Assembly (NCBI GenBank): GCA_965261395.1
Contig: OZ253462.1
Span: 2,048,001 to 2,112,000 of the forward strand
DNA: 64,000 nucleotides
Source of the DNA: Candidatus Latescibacterota bacterium
GTDB lineage: Bacteria; Latescibacterota; UBA2968; UBA8231
Reading direction: 5' to 3'
Below the pieces are notes generated by a model that was not told the origin of the DNA, ran no database searches, and was given only the letters and a program-made list of their open reading frames with translations. Positions 55,670 through 64,000 of the stretch are shown in pieces; the first letter of the stretch is position 1, and every line of letters starts with the position of its first letter. A program made the position numbers and the translations under genes.

Positions 55670-56332
55670 ATGAGTTCCCGCAACGGTTTTATCGAAACGC
55701 ATATTTACGACTACATCCTCGCCAACTCCCTGCGCGACCGAGACGTGTTCAAGCGGTTGCGGCAGGAGACCAGAGCCATGCCCATGGGCGGAATGCAGAT
55801 CTCGCCCGATCAGGGGCAGTTCATGGGGCTGCTCGTCGAGCTGATCGGTGCCAAGCGGATCGTCGAGGTGGGGACCTTTACTGGCTACAGCAGCACTGCG
55901 ATGGCGTTGGCGCTGCCAGCGGACGGGCGTCTAATCGCCTGCGATGTCAGCGACGAGTTTACTCGCATTGCCCGGTGCTATTGGCAGGAAGCTGGCGTGG
56001 CCGACAAGATCGAATTGCGGTTGGGACCAGCGATAGCGACCCTCGACGGCATGCTCGCGGCCGGGGAAGCCGGTTGCTTCGACATGGCCTTTATCGACGC
56101 GGACAAGGAAAATTACGACGCCTATTACGAGCGCTGCCTACAACTCTTGCGCCGGGGCGGATTGATCTTAATCGACAACGTGCTGTGGGGCGGGCGGCCC
56201 GCCGATGCCAGCGAGCAGGACGAAAGCACGGTGGCGATCCGCGCGCTCAACGCCAAAATCTGCGCCGACGAGCGCGTGACCGCGTCCCTGCTGTCGATTG
56301 GCGACGGGTTGACGCTGGCGCGGAAACGGTGA
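55670..56332 (+). CDS. SAM-dependent O-methyltransferase (caffeoyl-CoA OMT family)
   Basis: EVGTFTGYS, FDMAFIDADKENY, DNVLWGG, IGDGLTL. Confidence 0.93.
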   Translation: MSSRNGFIETHIYDYILANSLRDRDVFKRLRQETRAMPMGGMQISPDQGQFMGLLVELIGAKRIVEVGTFTGYSSTAMALALPADGRLIACDVSDEFTRIARCYWQEAGVADKIELRLGPAIATLDGMLAAGEAGCFDMAFIDADKENYDAYYERCLQLLRRGGLILIDNVLWGGRPADASEQDESTVAIRALNAKICADERVTASLLSIGDGLTLARKR

Positions 56333-56373
56333 TCTGTGCAACTACAAGACGAAATAGCGGAGGAGACTCGACA

Positions 56374-57087
56374 ATGAACAAAATATGGGTTCTACAAAAC
56401 GCGCAGCCGGAAAACTTGGGGATCGCCGGTCAAGTGTTCCAAGGCTGCGGTCTCGCGCCCGCCTACATCCATACCTTTGCCGGCGAAGAGGTCCCCCGCT
56501 GCATGGACGAGGCCGCCGGCCTAGTGGTCTTGGGCGGGCCGATGGGCGTGTACGAACACGACCGCTACCCGTTTATAGACGCGGCCACGCGCCTTATCGA
56601 CCAAGCTCTAAAAGAGGACAATCCCGTACTCGGCATTTGCCTAGGCAGCCAGCTTTTGGCCACGGCACTCGGTGCTCGGGTCTCCCGCGGTCCGCAGAAA
56701 GAAATCGGCTGGCATCCTATTGAGTTGAAGCCCGCTGCCCGTGAAGACCTGCTGATGGGCGAGCTGGAACCATCCTTTATGGGCTGTCACTGGCACGGCG
56801 ACATCTTTGATCTGCCCAAGGGGGCTACTGCCCTGGCCTCTTCTGCCCGCACCGCCTACCAAGCGTTTTCCTATGGTCGGGCGGCTTATGGTGTCCTCTT
56901 CCATATGGAAGTTACCATAAAAATCATCGCCGATATGGTCCAGGCTTTTGCTGACGAGGTGCGCGAAGAGGGGCTGGATGGCGAGCAAATAAAAGCCGAC
57001 GCAGCCCAGCACTTGCCCGCCCTCCACGCCAACGGGCGGACCTTCTTCCAGACCTGGGCTGCCCTCTGCTTGGAGGCGGCTTCCTAG
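56374..57087 (+). CDS. Type 1 glutamine amidotransferase-like protein
   Basis: LGGPMG, LGICLGSQ, EIGW, HWHGD, FHME; GGAG RBS before ATG 56374. Confidence 0.92.
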   Translation: MNKIWVLQNAQPENLGIAGQVFQGCGLAPAYIHTFAGEEVPRCMDEAAGLVVLGGPMGVYEHDRYPFIDAATRLIDQALKEDNPVLGICLGSQLLATALGARVSRGPQKEIGWHPIELKPAAREDLLMGELEPSFMGCHWHGDIFDLPKGATALASSARTAYQAFSYGRAAYGVLFHMEVTIKIIADMVQAFADEVREEGLDGEQIKADAAQHLPALHANGRTFFQTWAALCLEAAS

Positions 57088-57210
57088 CTACTAGTAGCTC
57101 AGAGATTGCGGAAGAATTCCGCTTTGCGACCTTGGGCATGGATTTTTGGGGCACCTAGCTAATAGTGGCAGCGTCCACGCATCCGGGCGACGATATCCGC
57201 TTCGCGCCAC

Positions 57211-59889
57211 TCAGGTCGAAACCCCCAACAAGCCGCGCGTCAGTTGAAAATCGACGTTGCGCTGCTGCAAGGCACCGGGGATGTGGTCGCCCCGCGCCAC
57301 CCGAACCAACAACGCCACCAGTTGCTCGGCCCAATCGTCCGCCGCACCCGTCAGGGCCAAATCAATATCATCGCCGTAGAGCGCCGCCACTGTCGGATTC
57401 GCGCTCACCTGCACCACCGGCATTAGGGGATGCCCCTGTAAAGGATGCTCGCCGCTATGGGCCAAGATCAGATCCACGCCCGTGGCGCCCAGCCCGGTAG
57501 CCGTCTCCACCCAGTGATCAGTGGGCGTCTCCATGATGTAAAAGCCCGGCTCCACGGCCGCCTGGCCGTAGGGCAAGGTCGCGGCATCCGAGGGCTGGAC
57601 TAGCACGGAGTCCAGATACGCCGGTTCCCGCAGCAGGGTCGCGTTGTGCGGCACGACCACAGTGCCACCCGCCGTCACCACCCAGCGCGTCAACTGGGCA
57701 AAAGATTGCGCCGTGTCCGCTCCCAGCGCGCCGGTCGCCTGCATCCCCAAGCGCAAGGCACCCAAGCCGCGTTCCACGGCAACGGGTGCCTCCGTCTCTG
57801 CCAGCGCTTGGTGGAACCACGCCTCGACCTTGTCCATGGCCTTGACAATGCCGCCGTCCAACTGCACCGAAGCCCAGCCAAAAACAGCCGGGTCCAAGCC
57901 CCATTCCTCAAGGCCGTTGCGCATGTAGTCGTTGTGCGTCTTTTCGCAGCCGTGCTCCAGCAGCAAAACGCGCCGTGCCAGCGGATGCGCTGCGTAGCCC
58001 ATCATGGTGCGCAAGTGCATTTGCTCGGTGGCACCGCTCGACGACAACCCACAGCCCTCGGTGTGGACCAAGGCGACAAAGCGCGACAGCCCTTGCTCGC
58101 GGCCCACTTGCCGAGCATTGAGCCGCTCGGCGCACATGCGGGCGATCTGGCCAGCGCACAGGCTGGTGGGCAATACCAACCCCACCTGATCGATAGCCCC
58201 ATCCAGCATGGGGAACGATACCGCTGGCCCGACCTCGGGCCGCACCGGCGAGGGCCGGCCCTCGGGCACGGGAGCGGCCAACAGTTCCTCTAGCTGGCTG
58301 GTATCGGTCTGTTGCCAATTGCGCCAGATGGACACTTGGGCGTGGCCGGCCCGCTCACCCAGTGAGCGCTCGCCCGAGGCCACCCGCAAGGTGCGCTCGA
58401 ACAATGCCTGACCCAACTCGTCCATCGGCGTGCCATCCAAATAAGCTCCGGCATTGACATCGAGATCCGCGGCCAGCAATTGGTAGCGCTCCGAGGTGGT
58501 GACGATCTTGATCGTCGGCACAAAGGGGAAATTGGTGATGGAGCCGTTGCCCGTGACAAAGAAGATGGCATTGCAGCCGCTGGCCACCTGCCCGGCAATG
58601 CTTTCCAAGTCGTTGCCCGGACTGTCCATAAAATAGAAACCAGTCCCTTTGAGCGGCTCGCTGTACTCAATCGCGTAGTCCAAGCGCACGTCGGGATCGC
58701 GCTTGCGCGCCGCGCCAATGGACTTGAGCACGATATTGTACAGGCCGCGAAATTTGTTGCCCCCGGAGGGATTGCCCTCGGCGGAGGCACCGTGCCACGA
58801 CACCCGCTCCTTGAAGCGCTCGACCATGTGCAAAAAGGTGCGCGCGGTCTCCACATCCTTGACGTTTTGCAGCACATACGGTTCGGCGCCGATCAACTCG
58901 TCGGTCTCGGCGAGGTTGGCTGCCCCGCCGTAGCGGATCAGCTCGCGCGCCACCCAGGCGGCCAGCGGATTGCCCGAAATGCCCGAAAAGGCATCCGAGC
59001 CGCCGCACTGCAAGGCGATTTTGAGATGAGCCAAATCGTGCTCGCCCCGCTCCTCGCCCGCCATTTCCTCGGCCCAAGTGGCTACTTGCCGCTCGCCCTC
59101 TGCCAAACGCGCCTCAAAGGAGCCGTCCAAGCTCATAAAGCAATGCCGGACGTGATCGAGGGCATAGCCGTGTTCCACCATGTACTCCCGCAGCATTTTG
59201 TTGGTCACGGCTTCGCTGCCATAGTCCACCGCCAACACAGCACCGACGTTGGGATGGACGACAAAGCCAGCCAGCGTGCGCAATAAGAGCTCGCGGTTAT
59301 TGGGCGCGGACCAGCCGCCGCCCTCGGTGTGGGCAATCGGCACCACGCCATCGCCGGCCGACCGGCCGCTCCAGCGCTCGGCCAACAGCCGTGCATAACT
59401 AGCCGTGCGCGAGGACGTACCCAAGACGACGATATAATTGCGCGTGCCCACGCCTCGTCCCCCAGAGCGACCATAGCCGAGAAAGGTCCGCCGCTCCTCA
59501 TGCGGAGCGAGCGCAACCCCAAGCTGAAAATTCGCTGGATCCAATTGGTACGGCTCAATGCGATCGACGAAATTGGCCTGCGTGGGCAATTCGAAGTCCA
59601 ACTGACGGATGCCCAATGCGTCGAGCATACTCTGGTTGCAGGCGTAGTCGCCCGGCTGCAGGGCTCGCTCGGCCACGCCAAAGGGCAGTTGCCACGACAG
59701 CAGGAACTGGCCGGGGTCAATCGGCTCGACGGCAAAGCGATGGCCTTCCATCACTGTGTGGGACAGCGCGAACGGCTGGCCGTTGTAGTCGATGCCCGTG
59801 CCCGCTTCCAAACGCCGGGTGGCAATGGCCACATTGTCCCCGGGCATGGGCAGTCGGGCTACTTCGCTAAAGGGAAAAACCGCGTTCAT
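57211..59889 (-). CDS. UxaA/GarD family sugar-acid dehydratase, extended (892 aa)
   Basis: SAF domain (DNVAIA..., GHRFA), G.GTRNY, HTEG, LQCGGSDAFSG..GNP, FMDSPGND, F.TG.GS, PTIKI. Confidence 0.85.
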   Translation of the reverse strand: MNAVFPFSEVARLPMPGDNVAIATRRLEAGTGIDYNGQPFALSHTVMEGHRFAVEPIDPGQFLLSWQLPFGVAERALQPGDYACNQSMLDALGIRQLDFELPTQANFVDRIEPYQLDPANFQLGVALAPHEERRTFLGYGRSGGRGVGTRNYIVVLGTSSRTASYARLLAERWSGRSAGDGVVPIAHTEGGGWSAPNNRELLLRTLAGFVVHPNVGAVLAVDYGSEAVTNKMLREYMVEHGYALDHVRHCFMSLDGSFEARLAEGERQVATWAEEMAGEERGEHDLAHLKIALQCGGSDAFSGISGNPLAAWVARELIRYGGAANLAETDELIGAEPYVLQNVKDVETARTFLHMVERFKERVSWHGASAEGNPSGGNKFRGLYNIVLKSIGAARKRDPDVRLDYAIEYSEPLKGTGFYFMDSPGNDLESIAGQVASGCNAIFFVTGNGSITNFPFVPTIKIVTTSERYQLLAADLDVNAGAYLDGTPMDELGQALFERTLRVASGERSLGERAGHAQVSIWRNWQQTDTSQLEELLAAPVPEGRPSPVRPEVGPAVSFPMLDGAIDQVGLVLPTSLCAGQIARMCAERLNARQVGREQGLSRFVALVHTEGCGLSSSGATEQMHLRTMMGYAAHPLARRVLLLEHGCEKTHNDYMRNGLEEWGLDPAVFGWASVQLDGGIVKAMDKVEAWFHQALAETEAPVAVERGLGALRLGMQATGALGADTAQSFAQLTRWVVTAGGTVVVPHNATLLREPAYLDSVLVQPSDAATLPYGQAAVEPGFYIMETPTDHWVETATGLGATGVDLILAHSGEHPLQGHPLMPVVQVSANPTVAALYGDDIDLALTGAADDWAEQLVALLVRVARGDHIPGALQQRNVDFQLTRGLLGVST

Positions 59890-59898
59890 AACAGCTCC

Positions 59899-61314
59899 TC
59901 AAAAAGGCGTTGACGACGAAGTAATGGCGCACCAGCGGGCCGACTCCAGCGCTTCGACCAAGGCGCGGCGGGCGTGGGCGGTCCCGATCTTGCGCAAGGC
60001 GGTGCTGGCGTAGTAGCGCGTATAGCGATTTGGATCGACCAGAGCACGAGCTACCGTCGGTACTAGCTCGTCGTCGGGGGGGGCCATCTTGCTCAGGGAG
60101 AAAACGGCGTTGCGCCGCACCAACTCCACCTCATCGCCCAAAGCGCGGGCGAGGGCCGGAGCCGCCGATACCGCTGCCGGCCCAATCGTCCCCAGAGCCT
60201 CGGCAGCATTGCGCCGCACCCACATAGCGTCATCGCTCAAGGCCGCTTGCAATACCGGCATTGCCGCAGCCGCCTCCTTGCCCATGGTCGCCAGGGCACC
60301 TAGCGCCGCCGCCCGACCGGGCCAAGGCCCCTGCTGGGCCGCAGCCAACAGTCCATCCAAAGCCTCCGCGCCCAAGGCAGCCAAAGCGTGTACCGGGCCC
60401 AATTCGCCCGGATTGCCCCCTTGGGGATTGGTCGGCGAATGGGCCAGATTGGTCTCGGCTTGAGCTTGGGCTTGGCTCCGCATGTCCTTGATCAGCCCTT
60501 CTACTTGGTCCCCTCCCAAGCTATAGGTCGCTTGCAGGCGGGCCGTTTCCGAATCGGTACCTAAATCCTCCCAGCGCGCGCTGCCGCTGCTCGCGGCCGG
60601 CCGGCCACACAACCAGTCCCACACGTGCCGTGACAACGCTGGGTGTGGGTCGCCGTCGAGCGGCTGCCAGTGGGGCACCTTATTATTCCACGTCGGTGCC
60701 TCTGGCTCTGTCATGCGGGTGAACTGGTATTTGAGCATGTAGCGCCTTTTGTCCGAGCGATTGGCCGTGGCCCGGTGCCAGCTATCGAAGTTGACGATCG
60801 ATACCGTGCCAGCCGGGCCGCACAAGCCCAATTCGGTCTCGGTAGCTCGCGCTGGATCGGCGTTAGAAATGCCGTTGTACCACTGCCGCCCCGGCATCAC
60901 GCCGGTGGGCCCCATATCTGGGGTAACGTCCTGTGGATAGTAAAAGGCCATCACCCAACGGCAGCGGTGATAGCGGATATTCTGGTCGAAGATATAGTCG
61001 TCCTTGTGCCAGCTCTGGCCGTCGCTGCTGGGGGAATTGAGGTGGCAGTAGCGGTGCGGGTGCATCAGATAACCCGCGCCCAGAATACTGGTCAAAGCCC
61101 CGCGTACCGCGGGGTGGGCAAAGACCTCGGCGGTGGCGGGAATGCGCGGCGCGATATTGTTGCCGGGATTGCCTTCGGCTGCCAAGACAGCGTCGATTTG
61201 GCGGCACACTGCGGCGTGAAAATCGCCCGGAAAATCCGCCTGTACCTGGACATAGCCTTGGGCGATGAACTGCTGCATCTCGGCGTCGCTGAGCAGGTAT
61301 TGTTCGGCTTGCAT
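59899..61314 (-). CDS. PhyH-family dioxygenase fused to HEAT repeats
   Basis: QFIAQGYV, WHKD, WHRATAN; C-terminal VRRNAAEALG-type repeats. Confidence 0.85.
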   Translation of the reverse strand: MQAEQYLLSDAEMQQFIAQGYVQVQADFPGDFHAAVCRQIDAVLAAEGNPGNNIAPRIPATAEVFAHPAVRGALTSILGAGYLMHPHRYCHLNSPSSDGQSWHKDDYIFDQNIRYHRCRWVMAFYYPQDVTPDMGPTGVMPGRQWYNGISNADPARATETELGLCGPAGTVSIVNFDSWHRATANRSDKRRYMLKYQFTRMTEPEAPTWNNKVPHWQPLDGDPHPALSRHVWDWLCGRPAASSGSARWEDLGTDSETARLQATYSLGGDQVEGLIKDMRSQAQAQAETNLAHSPTNPQGGNPGELGPVHALAALGAEALDGLLAAAQQGPWPGRAAALGALATMGKEAAAAMPVLQAALSDDAMWVRRNAAEALGTIGPAAVSAAPALARALGDEVELVRRNAVFSLSKMAPPDDELVPTVARALVDPNRYTRYYASTALRKIGTAHARRALVEALESARWCAITSSSTPF

Positions 61315-61326
61315 GACCCTCTCCTC

Positions 61327-62640
61327 CTAAAAGCGGCGATCCAGCGCCCATTCGGCCCAGGATCGCACGTATTCATTGCCCTGCTGACGCGCCCGTTGCA
61401 AGGAGACTACCGCCGCATCTGGTGCACGCCATTTGGCCAGCGTCATAGCTGCGTTTTCGCGCAGCGGCGCATCGGACAAAGACCAAGGCGTCATAGCGCG
61501 GCTATCGTCCAGCGCGTGCGCCAAGGCCGGTACTACCGCCGGCACCCGGCCCATATTGCCCAAGGAGTCGGCGGCATTGCGGCAGACCCATTCGCTGTCG
61601 TCCTGCAATGCTGCGGCAAGGGCTGGGGCCGCATCCTGAGCTTCGGCACCCATGCAGCCCAAGGCCGTGGCCGCACCGGCGCGCAGCCACCAGTCCCGAT
61701 CCTGCAACGCCTCGATGAGCGCGAGCACGGCCACAGCGCCAGCCGCGGCCAGCCCGTAGGGGCTTTCCAACTGGCTGGGATTGGTAAAATCGCCGCGCTC
61801 GATATTGGCTTGCCAACGCCGGGCGGACTCGTCTTTTAACGTCGTCATCAATGCTGGCACCCCTTTGGCTCCCAGCGCCCCCAAGTCGTAATAGGCATCC
61901 AGCCGCACCCGTTCATCGGGATCCTGCAAAGCCGCCTGCAAGACTTCCACCGATCGCTGCGGCCTCAATGTGGGGGCCTGTCCCCCGTACCAGCGCCACA
62001 GCGTGCGGTACAGAGCCGCGTGACGTCCTGTCGGCATCCACTTACTGCGCTGTTCTGGCCGGCTCTCCTCAGTGCGGGCAAAGAGGAACTTCAGCATATA
62101 GCGCGTCCGGGGCGAGCGATTGGCCGTGGCCCGGTGCCACAATTCGTAGTGGGTGATGACCGCAGTGCCCGCCGCGCAGGTCAGGGCCAACCCTTCGACC
62201 TCAGCGCCGGGGCCATCCATATAGTACTGAGTCCCGGGCACCAGCGCCGTAGGCCCCATATCCGGCGTCACCTCGTGCGGATAGTACAGCATCAGAACAT
62301 AGCGCGGGCGGTGGTAGCGCACATTGCCGCCGAAGGGATAATCCTTGTGCCAAGCTTGGGCTTGGTTGCCCGGCGCGAGATCGTGGCAGTGGCAATGGCG
62401 GTGGAGGGCGTACCCCGGCCCCAAAATACCGCTCAAGGCCGCGTCTATTGCCGGATCGGCGAACAACTGATGCAATAGGGGAATGCGCTCTATCAGGTCG
62501 TTGCCCGGATTGCCCGTGGCGAGCACGCCTTCGACCTGACGGTGCAATTCGCCGTGTAGGTCCGCGGTCGCGGTCGGTTGCACCACGCGGTATCCCCGGA
62601 TGATGAAATCCTGCAAGGACGCATCGCTTAGACGGTTCAT
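61327..62640 (-). CDS. PhyH-family dioxygenase fused to HEAT repeats (paralogue)
   Basis: DFIIRGY, WHKD, DMGPT, WHRATAN; HEAT-like repeats. Confidence 0.85.
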   Translation of the reverse strand: MNRLSDASLQDFIIRGYRVVQPTATADLHGELHRQVEGVLATGNPGNDLIERIPLLHQLFADPAIDAALSGILGPGYALHRHCHCHDLAPGNQAQAWHKDYPFGGNVRYHRPRYVLMLYYPHEVTPDMGPTALVPGTQYYMDGPGAEVEGLALTCAAGTAVITHYELWHRATANRSPRTRYMLKFLFARTEESRPEQRSKWMPTGRHAALYRTLWRWYGGQAPTLRPQRSVEVLQAALQDPDERVRLDAYYDLGALGAKGVPALMTTLKDESARRWQANIERGDFTNPSQLESPYGLAAAGAVAVLALIEALQDRDWWLRAGAATALGCMGAEAQDAAPALAAALQDDSEWVCRNAADSLGNMGRVPAVVPALAHALDDSRAMTPWSLSDAPLRENAAMTLAKWRAPDAAVVSLQRARQQGNEYVRSWAEWALDRRF

Positions 62641-63731
62641 CAGCTTATCCTCACTTCCCGGCCCTCGGTGGCCGAGCGGTACAGGCCGTCGAGGGCGGCC
62701 ATGACGTTGAGTACTTCCTCTTTTTTGACCAACAACTCGGCCCGTCCCTCAAGCACCTCGACGAAGTGGGCCGCGGCTTTCCAATGGCCTGAGAAGGGCA
62801 CCGATGGGTCGGATGGCACATTGAGCCGGGTGTCGGCTTGATAGTGCCCCAAGGTGCCGATAAAGGTGAGGGGATTAAACGTGAGGCCGCCCTTAGTGCC
62901 CATGAGGAGGGTGCCGCCAGTGCCATCGGGCAGATTGGCCGCCCAACTGGCCCTAATGCTGATGGTGGCGTCGGTTTCCAGGCGCAAAAAGCCAGCGGCC
63001 ATATCCTCGACATCGTACTCGCTGAGGTCGTAGTCCCGGGGCGCGAACACGCCCTCGGGAGCGCCGCTGTCGGCCAGCGACGTGACCACATCTTCGCGCT
63101 GGTCGGCCAGTTTGGTATACGTCGCGCCCGAGGCGGCCACCACTTTGGGATTGCCCATGATCCACAGCAGGGCGTCGAGCGCGTGGACGCCAATGTCGTA
63201 GAGGGGACCGCCGCCCGAGGCTTCTTTCATGTGGAAGCGACCCCAAGTGGGCACGCCGCGGCGGCGGAAGGCCGAAGTCTCGGCGTAGTACATTTCGCCC
63301 AAGTGCCCGCTGGCAGCCAGTTGCTTGGCAGCAGTATTGGTGCCGGAGAAACGGCCTGTCTGGGTAACGAATAGATGGCGTCCGGCGGCCTCGGCCGCTG
63401 CGTACATGGCCACGGCATCGGCATGGCTGGCGGCGATGGGTTTTTCGCAAAAGACGTGGGCACCGGCTTGGAGGACAGCTTCGGTGTAGGCGCGATGCGA
63501 GACATTGGGGGTGCAGACGGAGACGATATCGGGGCGCAACTCGTCCATCATGCGCCCGCAGTCGTCGTACGCGTGGGGGATGCCGTGGCGGTCGGCGGTC
63601 TGTTGGGCCTTGGCCAAGGTGTGATTGAACACGCCGATCACTTCTACGGCTGGAGCCAACTCCAGCCAAGCGGGGATGTGACCGACGTTGGCGACCATGC
63701 CAGCGCCGATGATGGCTACTTTGTATGACAT
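62640..63731 (-). CDS. Gfo/Idh/MocA family oxidoreductase
   Basis: AIIGAG, HVFCEKP, GGGPLYDIGVHALD. Confidence 0.93.
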   Translation of the reverse strand: MSYKVAIIGAGMVANVGHIPAWLELAPAVEVIGVFNHTLAKAQQTADRHGIPHAYDDCGRMMDELRPDIVSVCTPNVSHRAYTEAVLQAGAHVFCEKPIAASHADAVAMYAAAEAAGRHLFVTQTGRFSGTNTAAKQLAASGHLGEMYYAETSAFRRRGVPTWGRFHMKEASGGGPLYDIGVHALDALLWIMGNPKVVAASGATYTKLADQREDVVTSLADSGAPEGVFAPRDYDLSEYDVEDMAAGFLRLETDATISIRASWAANLPDGTGGTLLMGTKGGLTFNPLTFIGTLGHYQADTRLNVPSDPSVPFSGHWKAAAHFVEVLEGRAELLVKKEEVLNVMAALDGLYRSATEGREVRIS

Positions 63732-63737
63732 GTTTTC

Positions 63738-64000
63738 TTATACCTCCCAATCCTCTTGCTGTTGCAACGCATATAAAGACGTATATCCCCCCGACCAATC
63801 CGGCGGAATGAGACAAGGCCGCGGGTCGTGATAGGCCCAGCGCGCCGCTTTGCCCCGCACAATAGACCCCGAGTACTGAGGGCTGTCCAAGGGGTTGGCC
63901 GTATAGGGAAAGGCATCGGCCGCCGAATAGATATTGAGCAACAAGGGCCGCCCCTTGGGCGATAAATTCTTCTTGGACCCATGTACGGTGCGGCAATTGT
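63738..64000 (-). CDS. PhyH-family dioxygenase, C-terminal part (truncated by window edge)
   Basis: Frame open to the edge: ...RTVHGSKKNLSPKGRPLLLNIYSAADAF, matching the PhyH H-G-S-x-x-N-x-S-x-x-x-R motif. Confidence 0.75.
   Translation of the reverse strand, partial: NCRTVHGSKKNLSPKGRPLLLNIYSAADAFPYTANPLDSPQYSGSIVRGKAARWAYHDPRPCLIPPDWSGGYTSLYALQQQEDWEV

Noticed and set aside
55507-56373. Apparent 289-aa N-terminal extension of the glutamine amidotransferase (similarly 24224-24721 and 155-325)
   Set aside because: Overlaps genuine genes in other frames; better starts lie downstream
57083-57170. Imperfect direct repeat CCTAGCTA(C/A)TAGT(A/G)GC about 70 bp apart, with a small hairpin between
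   Set aside because: Only two short imperfect copies; cannot be distinguished from chance or terminator-region sequence
62953-63996. 347-aa ORF and many other long overlapping ORFs (e.g. 28103-29047, 60643-61839)
   Set aside because: Arg/Pro/Ala-rich shadow frames typical of high-GC DNA, overlapping well-supported genes

Overview
GC-rich bacterial chromosomal window, mostly housekeeping and catabolic genes. It has two tRNAs (Asp-GTC, Phe-GAA) and no rRNA, CRISPR array, integrase or transposase that I could recognise. The gene content (a 2156-aa SprA-like barrel, four PhyH dioxygenases, a sulfatase, an FGE-domain protein with a C-terminal 'SWGQIK' tail) suggests an FCB-group lineage such as Latescibacterota, possibly host-associated; this is inference only. 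Main points: (1) a GtrA + PIG-B/Alg9-like GT22 + two TMTC-like TPR mannosyltransferase cluster, resembling a eukaryote-like protein mannosylation pathway; (2) sprA heading an apparent operon with comEA, pilM/pilN-like genes, coaD and dprA, preceded by a ~295-nt highly structured leader; (3) a short C-terminal 'AV-x3-SWGQIK' tail that may be a secretion or sorting signal; (4) a LarE + circularly permuted ATP-grasp pair; (5) apparent depletion of CCWGG with excess of its deamination products. All annotations come from motif recognition by eye; no database searches were run.
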